A DNA stretch of 64,000 nt from Chrysomallon squamiferum. Taxonomy: Eukaryota; Animalia; Mollusca. The DNA lies in NCBI GenBank assembly GCA_012295275.1, contig CM022674.1, positions 3,782,001-3,846,000 on the forward strand, given 5' to 3'. Shown one piece after another: positions 14,987 through 30,329 of this stretch. Each line of letters starts with the position of its first letter. Position 1 is the stretch's first letter. The translations under genes and the position numbers were made by a program. The notes under the pieces are model-generated. The model had not been told where the DNA came from. It was given only the letters and a program-made list of their open reading frames with translations, and ran no database searches.

Positions 14987-15042
<56 letters not shown>
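14488..15042. repeat. Compound tandem array: five ~55-60 bp constant units separated by variable-length (CT)n tracts
   Basis: Unit (aaaccct)catatacccacataaacata(t)gttatttttcattagtcactttttaaaaggt begins near 14534, 14628, 14755, 14851 and 14935. Confidence 0.93.
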
Positions 15043-15048
<6 letters not shown>

Positions 15049-16181
15049 GACAACGCCCTGTCTTGCTCTATAAGCTATACAGAAACGAAATAAAACGAAA
15101 TCACCAGTCATAAGAAGACGTTTTCCTCTATCAATTCTAATTTACATTCTGCTGACCTTGTTTTCAGCTGCACTGGATGCACGACCTCATAAACTTACAC
15201 CAAGGCCAGGGAATTAGAATTTCATGACGGGACAGTCTAGACACAAATGACTGGTGCATTAATAAAATTATATTGACAGTAATGAGTATGCGAATAAATT
15301 TACATATTTATGCATATTACCCTTCATAAAAACAACTGCCTCGACTGAACCTTACTCGTGGCGTACGTGTGTCTGTGTGTGTGTGTGTGTGTCCGTGTCC
15401 GTGTCCATATGTGTGTGTGTGTGTGTGTGTGAAGGAAATGATGAAAGTGGACGGACACCGAGGTAAAATTATTTCGTCGGACGGTTCTTTAGCTTCCAAG
15501 CATATTTATTTATCTATTTATTTATTTGTTTATTTATCATTAGTATTAGTATTAGTATTATATCCATGCAAAGACGATAATAATAATCCTATGTCAGACA
15601 CCCCACTTCAAACTGTTCATATATATATATATATATACTGTGTATAGCATGTTCTTAAACAAATAACAGAGACTGAAAGACGTGAAACAATAATAATAAG
15701 CTTTCCGCCCCTTTGCAATGAGCCCGGGGGAACCAGCTGTCTAAAAATCACAGGCCCTTGCCCTCGGGACTATCTGCCCACTCCCTTGGTCTGGCCTGAT
15801 TGTGATATCAGAAACGAAATGGACCGCTGCTGTAACGTTATTTTTTCGATTAACAATAGGACGCTTCTTGTAGCATTTCTATAACAGTTGATGAGCCAGT
15901 CACGGAGCCCTGTCTGGAACGGGAAATAGCCCTGTATTACAGTATTGACGCTGTGCTTGGTAGTTCTCATGACTGGTTTATCGTGCTGCTGTTGTTGTTG
16001 GTGTTGGGATTTTTTGTTATTATTCTTACTGACATCATCATCATCATCATCATCATATATTCAGTCTACATAAGTAAATCAGTTAGTATACAATAATAAC
16101 AACAACAACAATAATAGTATTAATAAATAAATAAATAAAATCAAGAAAAGAAAAAAGTATGCGATAGAGTAAAATAATAAC

Positions 16182-16217
<36 letters not shown>

Positions 16218-17449
16218 TATAATTATAATTATAATAATAATAATAATAATAATAATAGTAATAGCAATACATGTATATTGAATTCATTACTAGTTGTAGA
16301 GGACATACATTCCTGGAATATGCTGAAGATCGGTAATATTCGGAGATATCTCCTAACTTTTTCAGAGACCTAATAACCAAAAGAAAAATCGTTGTACGTA
16401 ATCATATCGATCTATTTGTTTGAGGGTCTCCGCCATTATTTTTTGCAGCGATTTCAATATATCCCACGACGTTGTGCAGTTAAAAAACCCGAAACTTTCC
16501 GAATTCCTAAGACGATCGTTCCCGAAGATTTATGATATTACACCTATCTATCAGAGGTTACCAACGGCTGCCTGTATGTGTTAAAGGCAATCATAGATTT
16601 TTTATTAAGACGTTCTAGAGTCTGTCCAGTATGCCATTTCATTACAATTGTATTTTCTTCTTCTTCTTCTTCTTCTTCTTCTTCTTCTTCTTCTTCCTGA
16701 ATCTTTCTCGTCTTGTAGATGTTGCTGTTATTGTTGCTGCTGTTGTTATTATTACTGTTGTTTTCGTTGTTGTTGTTGTTGTTGGTTTTAGCCATCAACA
16801 GTTAAAAATGAAAACAAAATAGTCGATTTAAAGTTCTGAGTTTAAATGACAAAGAAAGACTGAAAGAAGAAGAAAAACGAAAGACGTAAAGAAAGTAGGA
16901 CAGAAGACAAAATAGAAACGTAAGAATGAAATAAATGAAGAAAAACGAAAGAAAGAAACGAAAGAAAGAAGTAAAGAAAAACGAAAGAAGCAAAGAAAGA
17001 AAAACGAAAGAAGCAAAGAAAGAAAGAAACGAAACAACGAATGAAAGAAATAAAAGGAAAACAAAATTTTACATTTCTTCACGTATCTGATAAGTTTTTC
17101 ACTTAGCTAATGAAAAACAAGGGAGATAAGGAACAACCTTGTCTCACTCTGGTACATTAATCTTCGTGTGCCGTGTGCCAGGGAATTTAGGTCTAGTTTT
17201 CTAAATATAACCATATACCATCCGATAAGCGAGGTACTCTGCCACTGATTGTAATATAATAGAACTGTTTATACTTTTAAACTGTGTAATTGTACGTTTT
17301 GTTTATTTACTTGTTTTATTTCATTTTATTTTATTTTTGTTTTTGTTATTAATTATGCATTTATTTAGTTGTTTGTTTTCTGCTTGTTGTTGTTTTCTTA
17401 TGTTTTTTTTTAATTATTATTTTTATTTATTTATTTATTTATTTATTTG

Positions 17450-17502
<53 letters not shown>

Positions 17503-19289
17503 TTTATTTATTTTTATTTATTTATTTAATTATTTAGTTAGTTAGTTAGTTAGTTGTTTGTTTATGCTTTTGTTTTATTTATTTTTATTTATTTTATTTT
17601 ATTTGTTTACTTTTATTATTATCTATTTTATTTTATTTATTTTATTTATTTATTTACTTTTATTATTTTTTTACTAATATTATTTTTTATTTATTTTTTT
17701 TTTTTTTTTTTTATTTATTCATTCTTTATTTATTATTATTTTTAAATTCACTTTTAAAGCGACATATCTGTAAACAATGTTGAGAAAAACCAGCGCATAT
17801 AAACAGGAAACGTGTGACAGAAAAGAAAAAAAAACCAACAGAATGAAAGAAAGAAAAAAAAAGAAAAAAATACTGTGTGAAAAAATTCCTGTTGATCTAG
17901 AGCAGATACAGGTGTTGACATATCGTATTATTCACTTTTTGTAACTGAGAAAAAAAAAATTGTACAGAGAAGCAGTATGTTGTGTTTGCGTGTTTAAGTC
18001 AATACATATAATCATACAGAATATATATATTATTTTTTTCATTCTTATGTTTGTTTGTTGTTGTTGTTGTTTTTGTTATTTTGCACGTTTTACTCGTTTT
18101 TGTTTTGTTTTTGTTTTTTTTTAAATTTATTTATGTTTAAAATGATACGGAAAAGTAACGTTTTGCATTCAATTCTCTTTCGTTTTTTCGTTGTTATTTC
18201 ATTTTGACTTTTTATTTACATTTCTGTTTTTACTTCTTTTTCAGTGTTGCATTTTTTACTTGTGTTTTTATTTATTTTATTTTTATTTTTTTATCTAATT
18301 TTATTTTATTTTTTTATTTTTTTATTTAATAAAATGAAAGAAATAAAAATAAAAAGAACAGAACAGAAAAATAAATGTTGATATCATTCAGTGCAGGTTG
18401 ATATATACACCATAGAAAAAAAAAAAACAATTCTTCGTTTTATGTGAAAATTCCTTCAACTTTTTTACTCATAATAAAAAATAGAACATTAAATGATAAT
18501 AAGTTAGAAGGAGAGACACATAAACAGACACACAGACAGACAGACAGACAGATAATGAATGAATGAATGACGGCAAGAACACATTCTAAAAAGAAAAAGA
18601 AAAAAGAAATGAGATTAAGAAAGAAAAACACAAACAAACAAACAAACAAAATCAAAAAAACAAAAAAAGAAAAGAAAATAATTAAAACGAACCACATTGC
18701 TGGAAAAAAAGGATTTAAAAAAAATAACGATAAACAAAGATACTGATAATAAAAGAAATAGGCATATTTATTTCCTCCGCAGAAAACAGAGCACTGCCTG
18801 AGTTATAGATGGCGCTGCTATCGAAACTCGTCTGGCATTCGTTGTTTTGTCTGAGCGAAACTTTTTGAATGACAACTTCTGCCGCTTTTGAAAATGTTTT
18901 GACAGAAAATACGGATGATTTGTGACTAATCGTTTGTTGATATTATATTTGGGGTTGCAATTTTATTATTATTATTAGCAGTAGTAGTAGCAGTAGTAGT
19001 AGTAGTAGTAGAAGTAGTAATGTTGTTGTTGTTGTTGTTATTAAATTTAAACACAAACGATTAATTGCAATCGTCTGTCTTAAACTTGCGGGAAAATTAA
19101 TTTATTTAGCTATATCGCTCTTGCAAACTGAACTTCTTTTGTTAATGTATTTTCATTCCCGAAGCGATCTGTTTAAAATAGTTTAGTTAATTTGATTTAT
19201 TTTTCAGTATTTTGAAATGTAATAGATTTACGATGTAGCTATGAGCAGAACTAAATAACTGCCACATGTTACTAATTACATTTTTTTTT

Positions 19290-19602
19290 GTTATATTGGT
19301 AATGTCATAAATTCTTGTTATACTGGTAATGTTATATATTCTTGTTTTTTCTGGTAATGTTATATATTCTTGTTATACTGGTAATGTTTTAAATTATTGT
19401 TATATTGGTAATGTTATAAATTCTTGTTATACTGGTAATGTTATAAATTCATGTTATATTGGTAATGTTATAAATTCTTGTTATACTGGCAATGTTTTAA
19501 ATTCATGTTATATTGGCAATGTTATAAATTCATGTTATATTGGTAATGCTATAAATTCTTGATATATTGGTAATGTTATAAATTCTTGATATATTGGTAA
19601 TT
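19290..19602. repeat. 27-bp minisatellite, about 11 copies
   Basis: Unit tggtaatgttataaattcttgttatac/t repeated in tandem; produces the periodic CYTGNVINS translation in ORF 19329..19562. Confidence 0.95.
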
Positions 19603-20789
19603 TTATTAAATTTACCTTTTATATTTGTTATACGAATGCAACGTGTTATCGTAATATTCTTTCAGTTGGCCGTTTATCTTACTGTTAACACTAAAAGCCT
19701 TGTTATCAAACAAGTCATAGGCCTGTTATCGTTTTGTGAACATATGTCATATGATTGTCATGAATAATAAAATATGAAATGTGGAAAATCGGTTAGGCTC
19801 ATAATAAAAATATTGGCCATGAGAAAAAAAAATATATATATATACATTTTTTTATTTTTTTGACAACATTATGTAAATGTGATGCTAAAAACAGTTATGT
19901 CTTCCCAGACATTAGTAATTTTATCGGATTAGTAATGTTAATTGTTAGCATAATAATGATGTTAATGGCCTTGACACAGTTTATATTATCATGTCAGTAC
20001 GCTCTTCTTCATCCTAGCAATGTCAATATGACCTGGATTTTATTTTATATTTTTTTATTTTTACTAGTAATGTCAATAGCTAATGTTATCTCATATTAGT
20101 AATATCATCTCGTTTGTAAGTGTCACTATGTCCCGAATTCTAGCCCGAACTAACAATGTTTCTAGTGTTCTTCTGATCTAGAAATATTAATAAGTGTTGG
20201 TTTTATCTTGTCAGATTTTTAACAATGTAAGAGTGGTATCCCAGGTACAGCTTAATTTCAGTTTGTAAACCTCATTTTTATTGTGTTTTTTGTGGGTGTG
20301 TTTTTTTTTTTTTTGTTTCTTTGCCGCTGTTTTCTTTATTTGTTTGCTTGCTTTTAAAAGGCGTTACTGAGTATATTAATAGTCCTTTCTGTATGATAAA
20401 ACCCTGTGATATATCTTTTGTTGTCGGAGAGTTTGTTTTTGTTGTTTTGGCTTCTTTCTTCTTCTTTTTTTTTTTTTTTTTTTTTTTATTTTTTTGACAA
20501 TGAAAACGTTATGTTAACAAGCTGGTCATACGAGCCGGTCGTGCTGCCATCTTTGATGATGTTCACGTTATCCTACGTCATATACAAGATGAATTAAACA
20601 TCGTGCGACGTCGGTGTTGTGTTTTGTACCAGGCGTGGACGAGCTTTGTTCGAGATCCAGGGCTCTGCATGAGAACATGATACGTCATCAGGAGGGCTTG
20701 CACGACTGGAAAAAAAAAAAAAAAAAAAATCAAAAATTAAAAAATTAAAAATATAATAATAATAATAATTTAAAATTAAAAAAAAAAAA

Positions 20790-20832
<43 letters not shown>

Positions 20833-21198
20833 GTAATAGTAATAATAGGCATTTCGCTTGTGAAGTTAGGCGTTCCATTCAGAAAGCACCATGGTTCTCT
20901 GTGAGTTTATGACTGGGTTCTGCTCTAACTGGTTCAATCATTGCATGGGTTTCTTTGTCTGAACATGGTGGGAGTTGTTTTTGTTTGTGTTTTTGTTATT
21001 TTATTTATTTATTTATTTATTTATTATTATCATTATCTTTATTATGATGATTATTATTATTGTTGTTGTTGTTATTATTTATTATGATTGTTATTATTAT
21101 CATTATCATCATCGTCATCATCATTATTATTTATTATTATCATTATCAACATCATCATTATTGTTATTGTATCATCATTATCATCATCATTATTGTTA

Positions 21199-21251
<53 letters not shown>

Positions 21252-22126
21252 TCTTTATTCTATTATGAAGTGGATATAGTTATTACACTTTGAGAGTTGT
21301 CGCCCTGCAAAATTGGATTCTTTAAGGGGCTAGCTTCGAGTGATGACTACTGAAGAAATGTAGATTAGATTGATCAATACGAAAATGGCGAGACACGTCA
21401 GTTCTGCTTCGTAGACGGCCTGACCTGTCTGCTCGCAATGGTTCGTTTCATTCCGTGACTACTCGAGCGATTCGGGAGTTTCCGTAACTGGACTTCCAGT
21501 GTTTCAGAGAGAGAGAGAGAGAGAGAAGGGACAGATATACAGATAGATAATAATAAACATACAGAGAGAGAGAGAGAGAGAGAGACAGTGAGAGAGAGAG
21601 AGAGAAGGGACAGATACATAGAATGAACATACAGCTACATACAGACATACATGGACAGACTTAACGATATTAAACAGAGCCAGGTTTTGTTAACCTTTTC
21701 AACTAAAACCCCCTGAAAAAAAGAAAGAAATTTTAAACGTCTCCATATTTATTCTGTCAAGGAGTGGAAAGCAAATAATACAGTATCACTTGACAATCGA
21801 TAATTTAGGTTAAATACGGTATTTAGTGTGGATGCACCATCCTTGGCCAAAAAAAAAAAAAAGAATAAAAAAAAACAACAACCAGAAAGTCGTGAAAAAC
21901 TTACAAGTGTTGCTAAAAAGAAACCAAGGGGAAAAAAAGAAAAAAAAAGAAAAAAAAAAAAATGAATTGGCTTCTTGAGGCGACGTAAGTTTAGGAATGT
22001 GAGAATGCTGGAAAAGTCTCGTGTCGTCTTAAGAGGCTGTTGCTATTTTCGGCTTCGGTTTAATAGGCTCTTCCTGGATGCTTTCCTCGAACACTTAACG
22101 ATTTAAGAACTACGAATTATGAACGT

Positions 22127-22157
<31 letters not shown>

Positions 22158-22250
22158 GGAGAGAAAGAGAGAGAGAGAAAAAAAACAAAATGTGTGGTTA
22201 TGAGCCTTTAAAGACATCGTTAATTCTTTACGTTACTGGGTGTTTTTTTT

Positions 22251-22315
<65 letters not shown>

Positions 22316-22969
22316 TGTGGGTGGTGTGTGGGTAGCGATATAGATAAGTGATAATTATGCGTGGAATGTTTAGTAACTGCTTCGAGAGAGAAACATAATA
22401 AGCGATTTACTTTGAGTGGGTCTAAATATTCATTTAATAAAAATAAAATAAAAAGGTAATAATAATAATTATAACAACAACGACAACAACAATAATAATG
22501 ATAAAGATGATTATGATGATGATGATAATAATAATAATAATAATTTCTTATAATAATAATAATAATAATAATAAAAACAACAACAACAATAACTATAATG
22601 ACAATGATGATGTTGATAACGATGGTGATATTATTATGTCATAATAATAACAATAATAACAACATCATCATCAACAACAACAACAACAAATAAAATAATA
22701 ATCGAATAAATGACGATAAAAGAAAATTGTGCATTAAACGGGAAATCTCTGTCATTATTACATAAGAAAAACCAAAATTAAATAGGAACGAAAAACTTAC
22801 CTGCTACATCATTTATCGGAGCCGGGTTTGGGATTCGATCCCAGAAAATACCAGTGAGAAGAAAAAATTAATCCAATCAGTGTTATTTAATCACGTTACC
22901 TGATTTTTAGTCTTAATTTATCTCGACTGTATGACGTCATAGCATTGTGTTACGCGTCGATTACGTTAC

Positions 22970-23006
22970 ATGTATATCTGTATGAATGTATGTATGTATG
23001 TATGTG

Positions 23007-23037
<31 letters not shown>

Positions 23038-23185
23038 CTATGTATGTATGCAGGTATGTGTATGTATGCATGCCTTTATGTATGTATGTATGTATGTATG
23101 TATCCATGTATGTCTGTATCTATTAATGCATGAATGCATGTGTGTATGTATACATTTGTGTTTGTGTGTGTGTCTGTGTGTGTGG
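22970..23185. repeat. (ATGT)n/(GT)n microsatellite
   Basis: tatgtatgtatg tract. Confidence 0.92.
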
Positions 23186-23426
23186 GTACGCATGTATGAA
23201 CACGTGCGTGCCTGTCGATGCATATAATATTCTGGTATGTATGAATGAGGAAAAAAACGCATTTAAATAGAAACTCAAAAACTGGAATGAAATATGTAGA
23301 ACTCTATTATTAATTCCACAGTATTTATAAGTATTCTAAACCCAATGGGGAGTAAAAACAGAAAAAAAGAATAACATCAAACAGAGGACGAATCAATTAC
23401 TGAGCATCACATTAAAGAATATATAG

Positions 23427-23457
<31 letters not shown>

Positions 23458-23717
23458 CTTGGCCTTATCAAATATGTTTTCCATTTCCATTCATTACACG
23501 TTATTATTCATGACTTTTAGAGAATGTTGTAGATCATAATGAAATTCAGATACGTAAGGATGGATGCTAGGTCTCTTTGCACTGAAGAATCACTGATGAT
23601 AAAAACAAAATAAAAGAAAGTAAATGATAAGCAATAGCTGAGATGTAAATTTATTTAGATTTTTAAACATTATTAACAACAATAAAACATAATATTAATC
23701 TACTACTACTACTACTG

Positions 23718-23756
<39 letters not shown>

Positions 23757-25173
23757 TTTCTACTACTCCTACTACTACTACTACTACTACAACAGCAACA
23801 AAGATATTAATAAACCATAGCAACAACAATAATAATAACAACAACAACAAATAATAATAATTATAAGTGTATTTCTTTTTCAATATTTAAATTTTATCGA
23901 TCAAAACTTTTTTTTTCTTTATTCCATGGTACTTTTTTTTTTTTTTTTTTTTTTTTTATTAAATGCACTTGAAAGTGCGGGTGAGGCGTGAACGTTTTTT
24001 TAATTCGTGCACTCGGTGAACTTCGATGCATTTCGGAATACCTCGGTTCTGGCACCGACTGGCTACGGGTTAATGGGTGTAATCGACGCAGTGTCACCGG
24101 GTTACCAGTGCATTTTCATAATGAAAACGCAGACAGCCAATTAGAACGCTCGTTACAAAGAAGCACTATTTGCCAAAACGATCTCATCCATATTAATTAG
24201 TTTTGTTATGACCATCATGTGGCCGGCCATAAGCTTAGTATCTCGACAAAAGCATTTTAACCGTAAGTGACTGTTCCAAAATACCCCTGCCTTCCTTAGC
24301 TATTCTTAATCGAGAGAGAGAGAAAAAAAAAAAAAAAAAAAAAAGAAAAAAAAAATAGGCACAGCTGGAATGTGATATGTTGGGCAGTTGAATAACAAAA
24401 TAATACGCACAGCTGGAATTATGATATGTTGTTGTTGTTGTTGTTGTTCATTGTCGTCGTTAATTTACTGCGCTATTATTATCATTATTATTGATTACTA
24501 TTAATATTACTGCGCTATTATTATATTATATTATTATTGTGTTGTTGTTGTTGTTGTTGTTACTATTAATTTACTGTTAGTCGTCGTTGCGTCGTCGTAT
24601 GATTACTACTAATATTACTACGCTATTGATTATTATTACTGCTATTTGTCGTCGTTGTATTTACTACTACTACTACAATTATCATTGTGTTGTTGTTGTT
24701 GTTATTACTACTCGTTGCGATTACTTCTAATCTACTACTACTGCCAACAACTACTACTACTACTACTACTGCCACTACTGTTTTCGTCCTTGATTTATAT
24801 TATTAATATGTACTTTATATTTTAAAATTAATACTCGTTCTTCAAAAATGTTAAATCTGTTTTTGTTTTTTGTTAGTAACAAGTATTTTTTACGTCAAAA
24901 GCGTTCTTAGACATCAGACAGTTTTAAATATCAGAACTGGAATAAAATTCCAACTGCTTTCTGTTTTTATAATACAGTGTATGTGGGTGGGTATGTGTGT
25001 TGGTCGTTGTTTTAATTTGAACGTGCGTGCAAAGTGTGTTTGTGTGTGTGTGCGTCAATGAAAAATTAATTAGAGGTTTTCTGAAACTGCTTATTGATGT
25101 AGTTAGTATTTTAACATCAGGGTTTCTCTTACAATGTGGATTTAAAAAAAAAAATGTATAGCATATGAATACG

Positions 25174-25268
<95 letters not shown>

Positions 25269-25500
25269 ATTAAGAGGAAGTTGACAAAAGATAGATGACA
25301 TTTTTAATTATTATTTTAACTCTCTTTGTATTTCTGTCTCGTTCAGATAATATTTATGTATGCATGTATCCGTCTGTGTTTTGGTCCAGTTGTTATGATC
25401 ATTTCACTCAAGTCATTTGTCAGAACGTAAAACCCAAATCTTGAAATGTTCAGTTTTATAGACATGGGAAATAGATAAACGACAGACTGAAGAAAGAAAG

Positions 25501-25531
<31 letters not shown>

Positions 25532-26371
25532 AAGAAAGAAAAAAAGAAAGAAAGAAAGAAGCAAGAATAGACAGACAAAACAAAAATAATAATAAAGAGA
25601 AAACGAGGAAAAATTAAAAGAGGAATTAACAGAAGAGAAAGATTACTAAAACACAAAAGAGACAAGAAATAGCCTATATATTAAACTAAAACAAACGAAC
25701 AAAACAAAACAAACTAAATAAAATAAAATAAAATAAAAAAAAAATAAAACAAACGAAAGCAACGGACAACGGAATATTCTGGAATAAAAAAAAGCGCGAA
25801 ATCCTTGTTGTCGGTTTCATTTATCCCAGGCACGAAATTTGATGAGATTGCATTACGCTTTTTACGCATGCGTTCACCTTCTCTATTAGTATCTACATAA
25901 CCGAATAAAATTTGAAATGTATCGGATGCTCAACTGCCTCCAGTACTAAATGACGTTAACGAGAATACAATTACGAGGGGAAACTGCACAAATTAACGTA
26001 GACGGCTCCTTATAGACTTGAAGGAGTTGGACGTAACGGAAGCAGGCGGCTACTGACGTTCTTTACGGTTGCATTATCTCCCTTTATGAATCACGTTTAA
26101 AAACAAAAGAAAAAATGTCCTGCACACACACACAAAGATACACAACACACACTCATATATATATAAAAAAAAATAATAATAATGAACAAAAATTTAAAAA
26201 AGAAATGGAACAGACACATAGAGAGAAAGACATACAGAAAGACAGACTGACAGACGACAAATATAAACTAATTTTTTATTATTATTATTTTTTTTTAAAT
26301 TAGCAAAACTTACAGTACGCATTATAAAACGATTTTATTAGTGGTATTTTTCATCATCATCATCATAATCA

Positions 26372-26424
<53 letters not shown>

Positions 26425-27234
26425 TTCTATTATATTTAATTCGAATAAAAGGTTTCGTGGAACGGAAACCGATCCGCCAGTGATGTTTTTCGATTGCTGA
26501 ATTATCTTCTTTTTACGGGTAATTAGTTTCTTCTGGTTCCGAAGTTTCTTCCTGTGCCCGGGGAAGGGATCGTTTATTGAGCTGCTTATGATACGAGCCA
26601 GCTTAACGTGTCACAAAGTTACGTTACCTTAAATGACAGAACCCTTCGTAATACCAAAATTACGTCTATTATTGATCGTACGTGTAAGCATGGAGAAATT
26701 TCTACGACAACAGATCTTCTCTTCAAACACGCTACGATCCCGCTGCGGTATTTTAATTGGAGCATTACTTAGAATGGGAAAAAAGAAAAGAAAAGAAGAT
26801 GAAGCATGACCACATGTAACAAAAAATTACTTGAAATAAAAACTCAGTTGACTACCGGATTCGAACGAAGGCGCGCACGACTCTCGTGCAAGCAGCATTG
26901 GTTTGGAAAGATGACGTAACGTAGCTTAAATGACGTCACATCATACGCAATGCTGAAGAAGAGTTATTAATAGCACATTGTTCTTTTTTTTTAAATCTTT
27001 CTGTAATTCAGAAAAAAGAACACAAAGGTATGTTTTCCCTGTCGCGCGCGCACTTACAAACACAGACATATACACACACACAAAAAAACCCACAATCTTT
27101 TATGCATACTTCTCTTTTTATTTCGAATTTAGTTTCATTCATTAATTTATTTTATTACTTCTTTTTTCAATCTTTACTTCTTCCGCAAAACAATTCATTT
27201 GCTTCGTTCTCGTTTTAAAATATTTTATTATTAT

Positions 27235-27367
<133 letters not shown>

Positions 27368-27619
27368 ACGCAACAAAAAACTCTGGCATTTACGGACAGA
27401 TTAAAATTACAAAAGAAAATTGCTCGGTAACTACAATTATCAAGCATCCCTCCCTCCCGTTCCAACATTTTCCTCCCCCCTCATCTCTTTCATTTTCTTT
27501 ATTTCTATTCACTTCCCCTTCATTTCTTCTAAACCATATAAAAAAGAAAAAAAAGAATGAAAAAGTGAGGAAGAAAGAAGGAAGGAAAGAAATACCAATA
27601 ATTTGTAGCTAAAAGGAAA

Positions 27620-27960
27620 ATCGTGAACGGTACATTACGCGCGAAGATATATTAAGCGGTGTGGTGGCGTGACCCACTGCCTGCGATTGGACAGACGAAA
27701 GGTCACTGACGTCATAGTGCGCACGAAACGTATTGATTTGATTGGTCTGCGGAGACGATGGTGAAGCTTAGCGCCGAAATGTTAATTTAGCGCGGTAACG
27801 TTTGTTAAGTCTATTACAAATCGCGTGCGCTGCAGACGGCTGAAATGGACAAGAGCTGACGGTCGTCGACGTGACGTCAAAAAAAAAAAAAAAAAAATCA
27901 ATTTTCTGTTGAAAAATAAATCTTCAGTCTGGCAGTTACTGCGGACTTGGCCTGGATTTC
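27620..27960. promoter_or_regulatory. CpG-rich promoter/enhancer-like island
   Basis: Two TGACGTCA (27707, 27872), two reverse CCAAT boxes (ATTGG ~27686, 27741) and AGGTCA abutting the first CRE; microsatellite-free. Confidence 0.45.
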
Positions 27961-28713
27961 AGCCAAAAAAAAAAAAAAAAAGTAATAAATGAATCTCAAT
28001 TAATTTCATTATCTAACTCTTGGGCCATTTCCGAGATAATAATGTCTGTGTGTCTGTCAGTCTGTCTATCCATCCATCCATCCATCCATCCATCCATCTA
28101 GCTATCGATCTATCGATCAGTCAGTATATTTGTTTGTCTTTCTGTCTACCACTGTTTATCAATCAGTTTCTTCTGTTTGTCTGTACGTCAGACTGTCTGT
28201 TTGTCTATTTAGTGTATCATTTGTTCTTTCGTATTAATTTCAAATACTTACTCCTTATTAATTAATGTTTGCACCTTTTTAAAAAATATATATATATATA
28301 TATAAAAATATGGCTATACTTTCACATAATTATATTAATAAAAATATACGTCATATATAGACAGAATAACGTGCATGTGTCTATGCAAATTAATGATTAT
28401 TATCTGAAATATATAAATAAATAAATGATAATAATAGTAACAACAATAATATATAATAAATAAATAATAATAATAGTAACAACAATAATAATAATAATAA
28501 TAAATAATAATAATGATGATGATGATGATGATGATAATGAGAATAGATATACGTCAATGCCGATACAGTGGTTTTACGTTCTACTACTGTACAATGGACA
28601 GAGCGGGTCTTAATGGTGATTTTTATTAATATAACGTATGTAACAATCAGCAGCTAGTGTAATACTGAACACTTTTAATAATTTTTATTGATAGGTGAAG
28701 CATCAAACCTAAT

Positions 28714-28757
<44 letters not shown>

Positions 28758-30084
28758 CTGTGTTATCATTTTTTTAACGCACTTTTATAATAAATTTAAA
28801 TAAAAACGTGTATAACATCGTGTAAAAGAGAAATTTCAAAAATAAATTATTTTGATTCCACATAATATGATGTAACTCCAAGCATTTTAGTTATTTATTT
28901 TTAGATTTTAAAAAAAAAAAAATTAATTTTTGGTTATTTGTTTTGTTATTCTTTTAAAAACAGGCTACTTAAATCTGATCCTGGTACAAAAACATCTAAA
29001 TTATCATTCCATGTACGTTTCAAAACGAAACACAATCACATTAAAACGTCCTCTTGGAATTCTCGGAAGAATTTCAGATCTGTAAACAGTGCGTCCATCT
29101 TTAATTTAGCAAATCCAGCTGATAAAAATACTCTTAAATAATTCCCGCTATTTGATCGGAAAGTTAACCCTGTGACATAGGTTTCTCGTTATCACGTGAC
29201 CCATTGACCTCGCGACCAGCGAACACGTGCATGACACGATAGTATTTTATTGGCTGCATGGGTGTTCTGCAACGGTGTCGTGAACTGGTTTCTTCTTCTT
29301 TTTTTTTTTTTTTTTTTTTTTTTTGTTGTTTAAACGTGGCGAGTAATTGGGATTCAGTTCTGTCGTGCTTGGTTATGTCGCTCGAACGCGATCCGTATTT
29401 TATCTTTTATTTATTTTTACAGGGTTTTTTTTGTGTGTTTTTTTTTAAACTTTCCTTTTGCTCTCACCGGCTCGTTAAGCTGAAGATTTCACGTTTTATT
29501 GCTTTTATTTTAAGCTACATTGCCTAACAGTAAATCAGATAACTTTCTCCATTCTCGCGATTTTAAGTACTTTTCTTCTTCTCTCTTGCACAAGAACCTT
29601 CGAGAAAAGAAGGAGGAGAAGAAGAAGCAGAAGAAGAGAAAAAAATGGCGTTAAGGTTACGATCTTAAAAATAGAACGGCTGCGATAAGATATCGTTAGT
29701 TCTGAGATTATGGCATTAAGAGGATGTTTAGAGAGATTAAGATTATTACGAGGCGAAAACGTAAAGACCGGATTCGATTTGGTGGTAAACAGCGTAAATT
29801 GTAGAAAGTTGAAAGCAGGTTTCGTATAACGACGCCGTTAAAAACCGATTAGTCAATTTTCTATCATTAACTATTGTCTGGCTGATGCTTAATTTGTTTA
29901 ACGATAACGGTCTAGCATATGTGACTAATGTTCCTCTCTCCTCCTGGCGGATACCAGTCTTTTTTGTAGCAACATCAATAAAATAAAATAAAAAATATAT
30001 ATAAAATAAATAAAAATTAGAAATAACAGATTTATAATGTAATGTATTGCAAAGAGCTTGTACCAAGAAAGAAAATCGTATTAA

Positions 30085-30115
<31 letters not shown>

Positions 30116-30169
30116 GCAACAACAACAGCAAAAAAGTGCAATAACTATATCCACTTCATAATAAAATAA

Positions 30170-30287
30170 AGAAATAATAATAATAATAATAATAATAATA
30201 TAATAATAATAACAACAATGATGATGATGATGATAATGATGATGATAATGATAATAATAATGATAATAATAATTAATAATAAACCTA

Positions 30288-30329
<42 letters not shown>

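Noticed and set aside
14488-15042. CRISPR-like repeat-spacer appearance
   Set aside because: Eukaryotic context, spacers are pure (CT)n, repeats are too long and non-palindromic, and there are no cas genes.
19329-19562. Periodic Cys-containing ORF (CYTGNVINS)n resembling a solenoid or antifreeze repeat protein
   Set aside because: The ORF lies wholly inside a 27-bp minisatellite, later copies contain in-frame TGA, and there is no signal peptide or splice context.
22815-22855. tRNA gene suggested by the gggattcgatccca T-arm-like hairpin
   Set aside because: No acceptor stem, D-arm or anticodon arm could be built.
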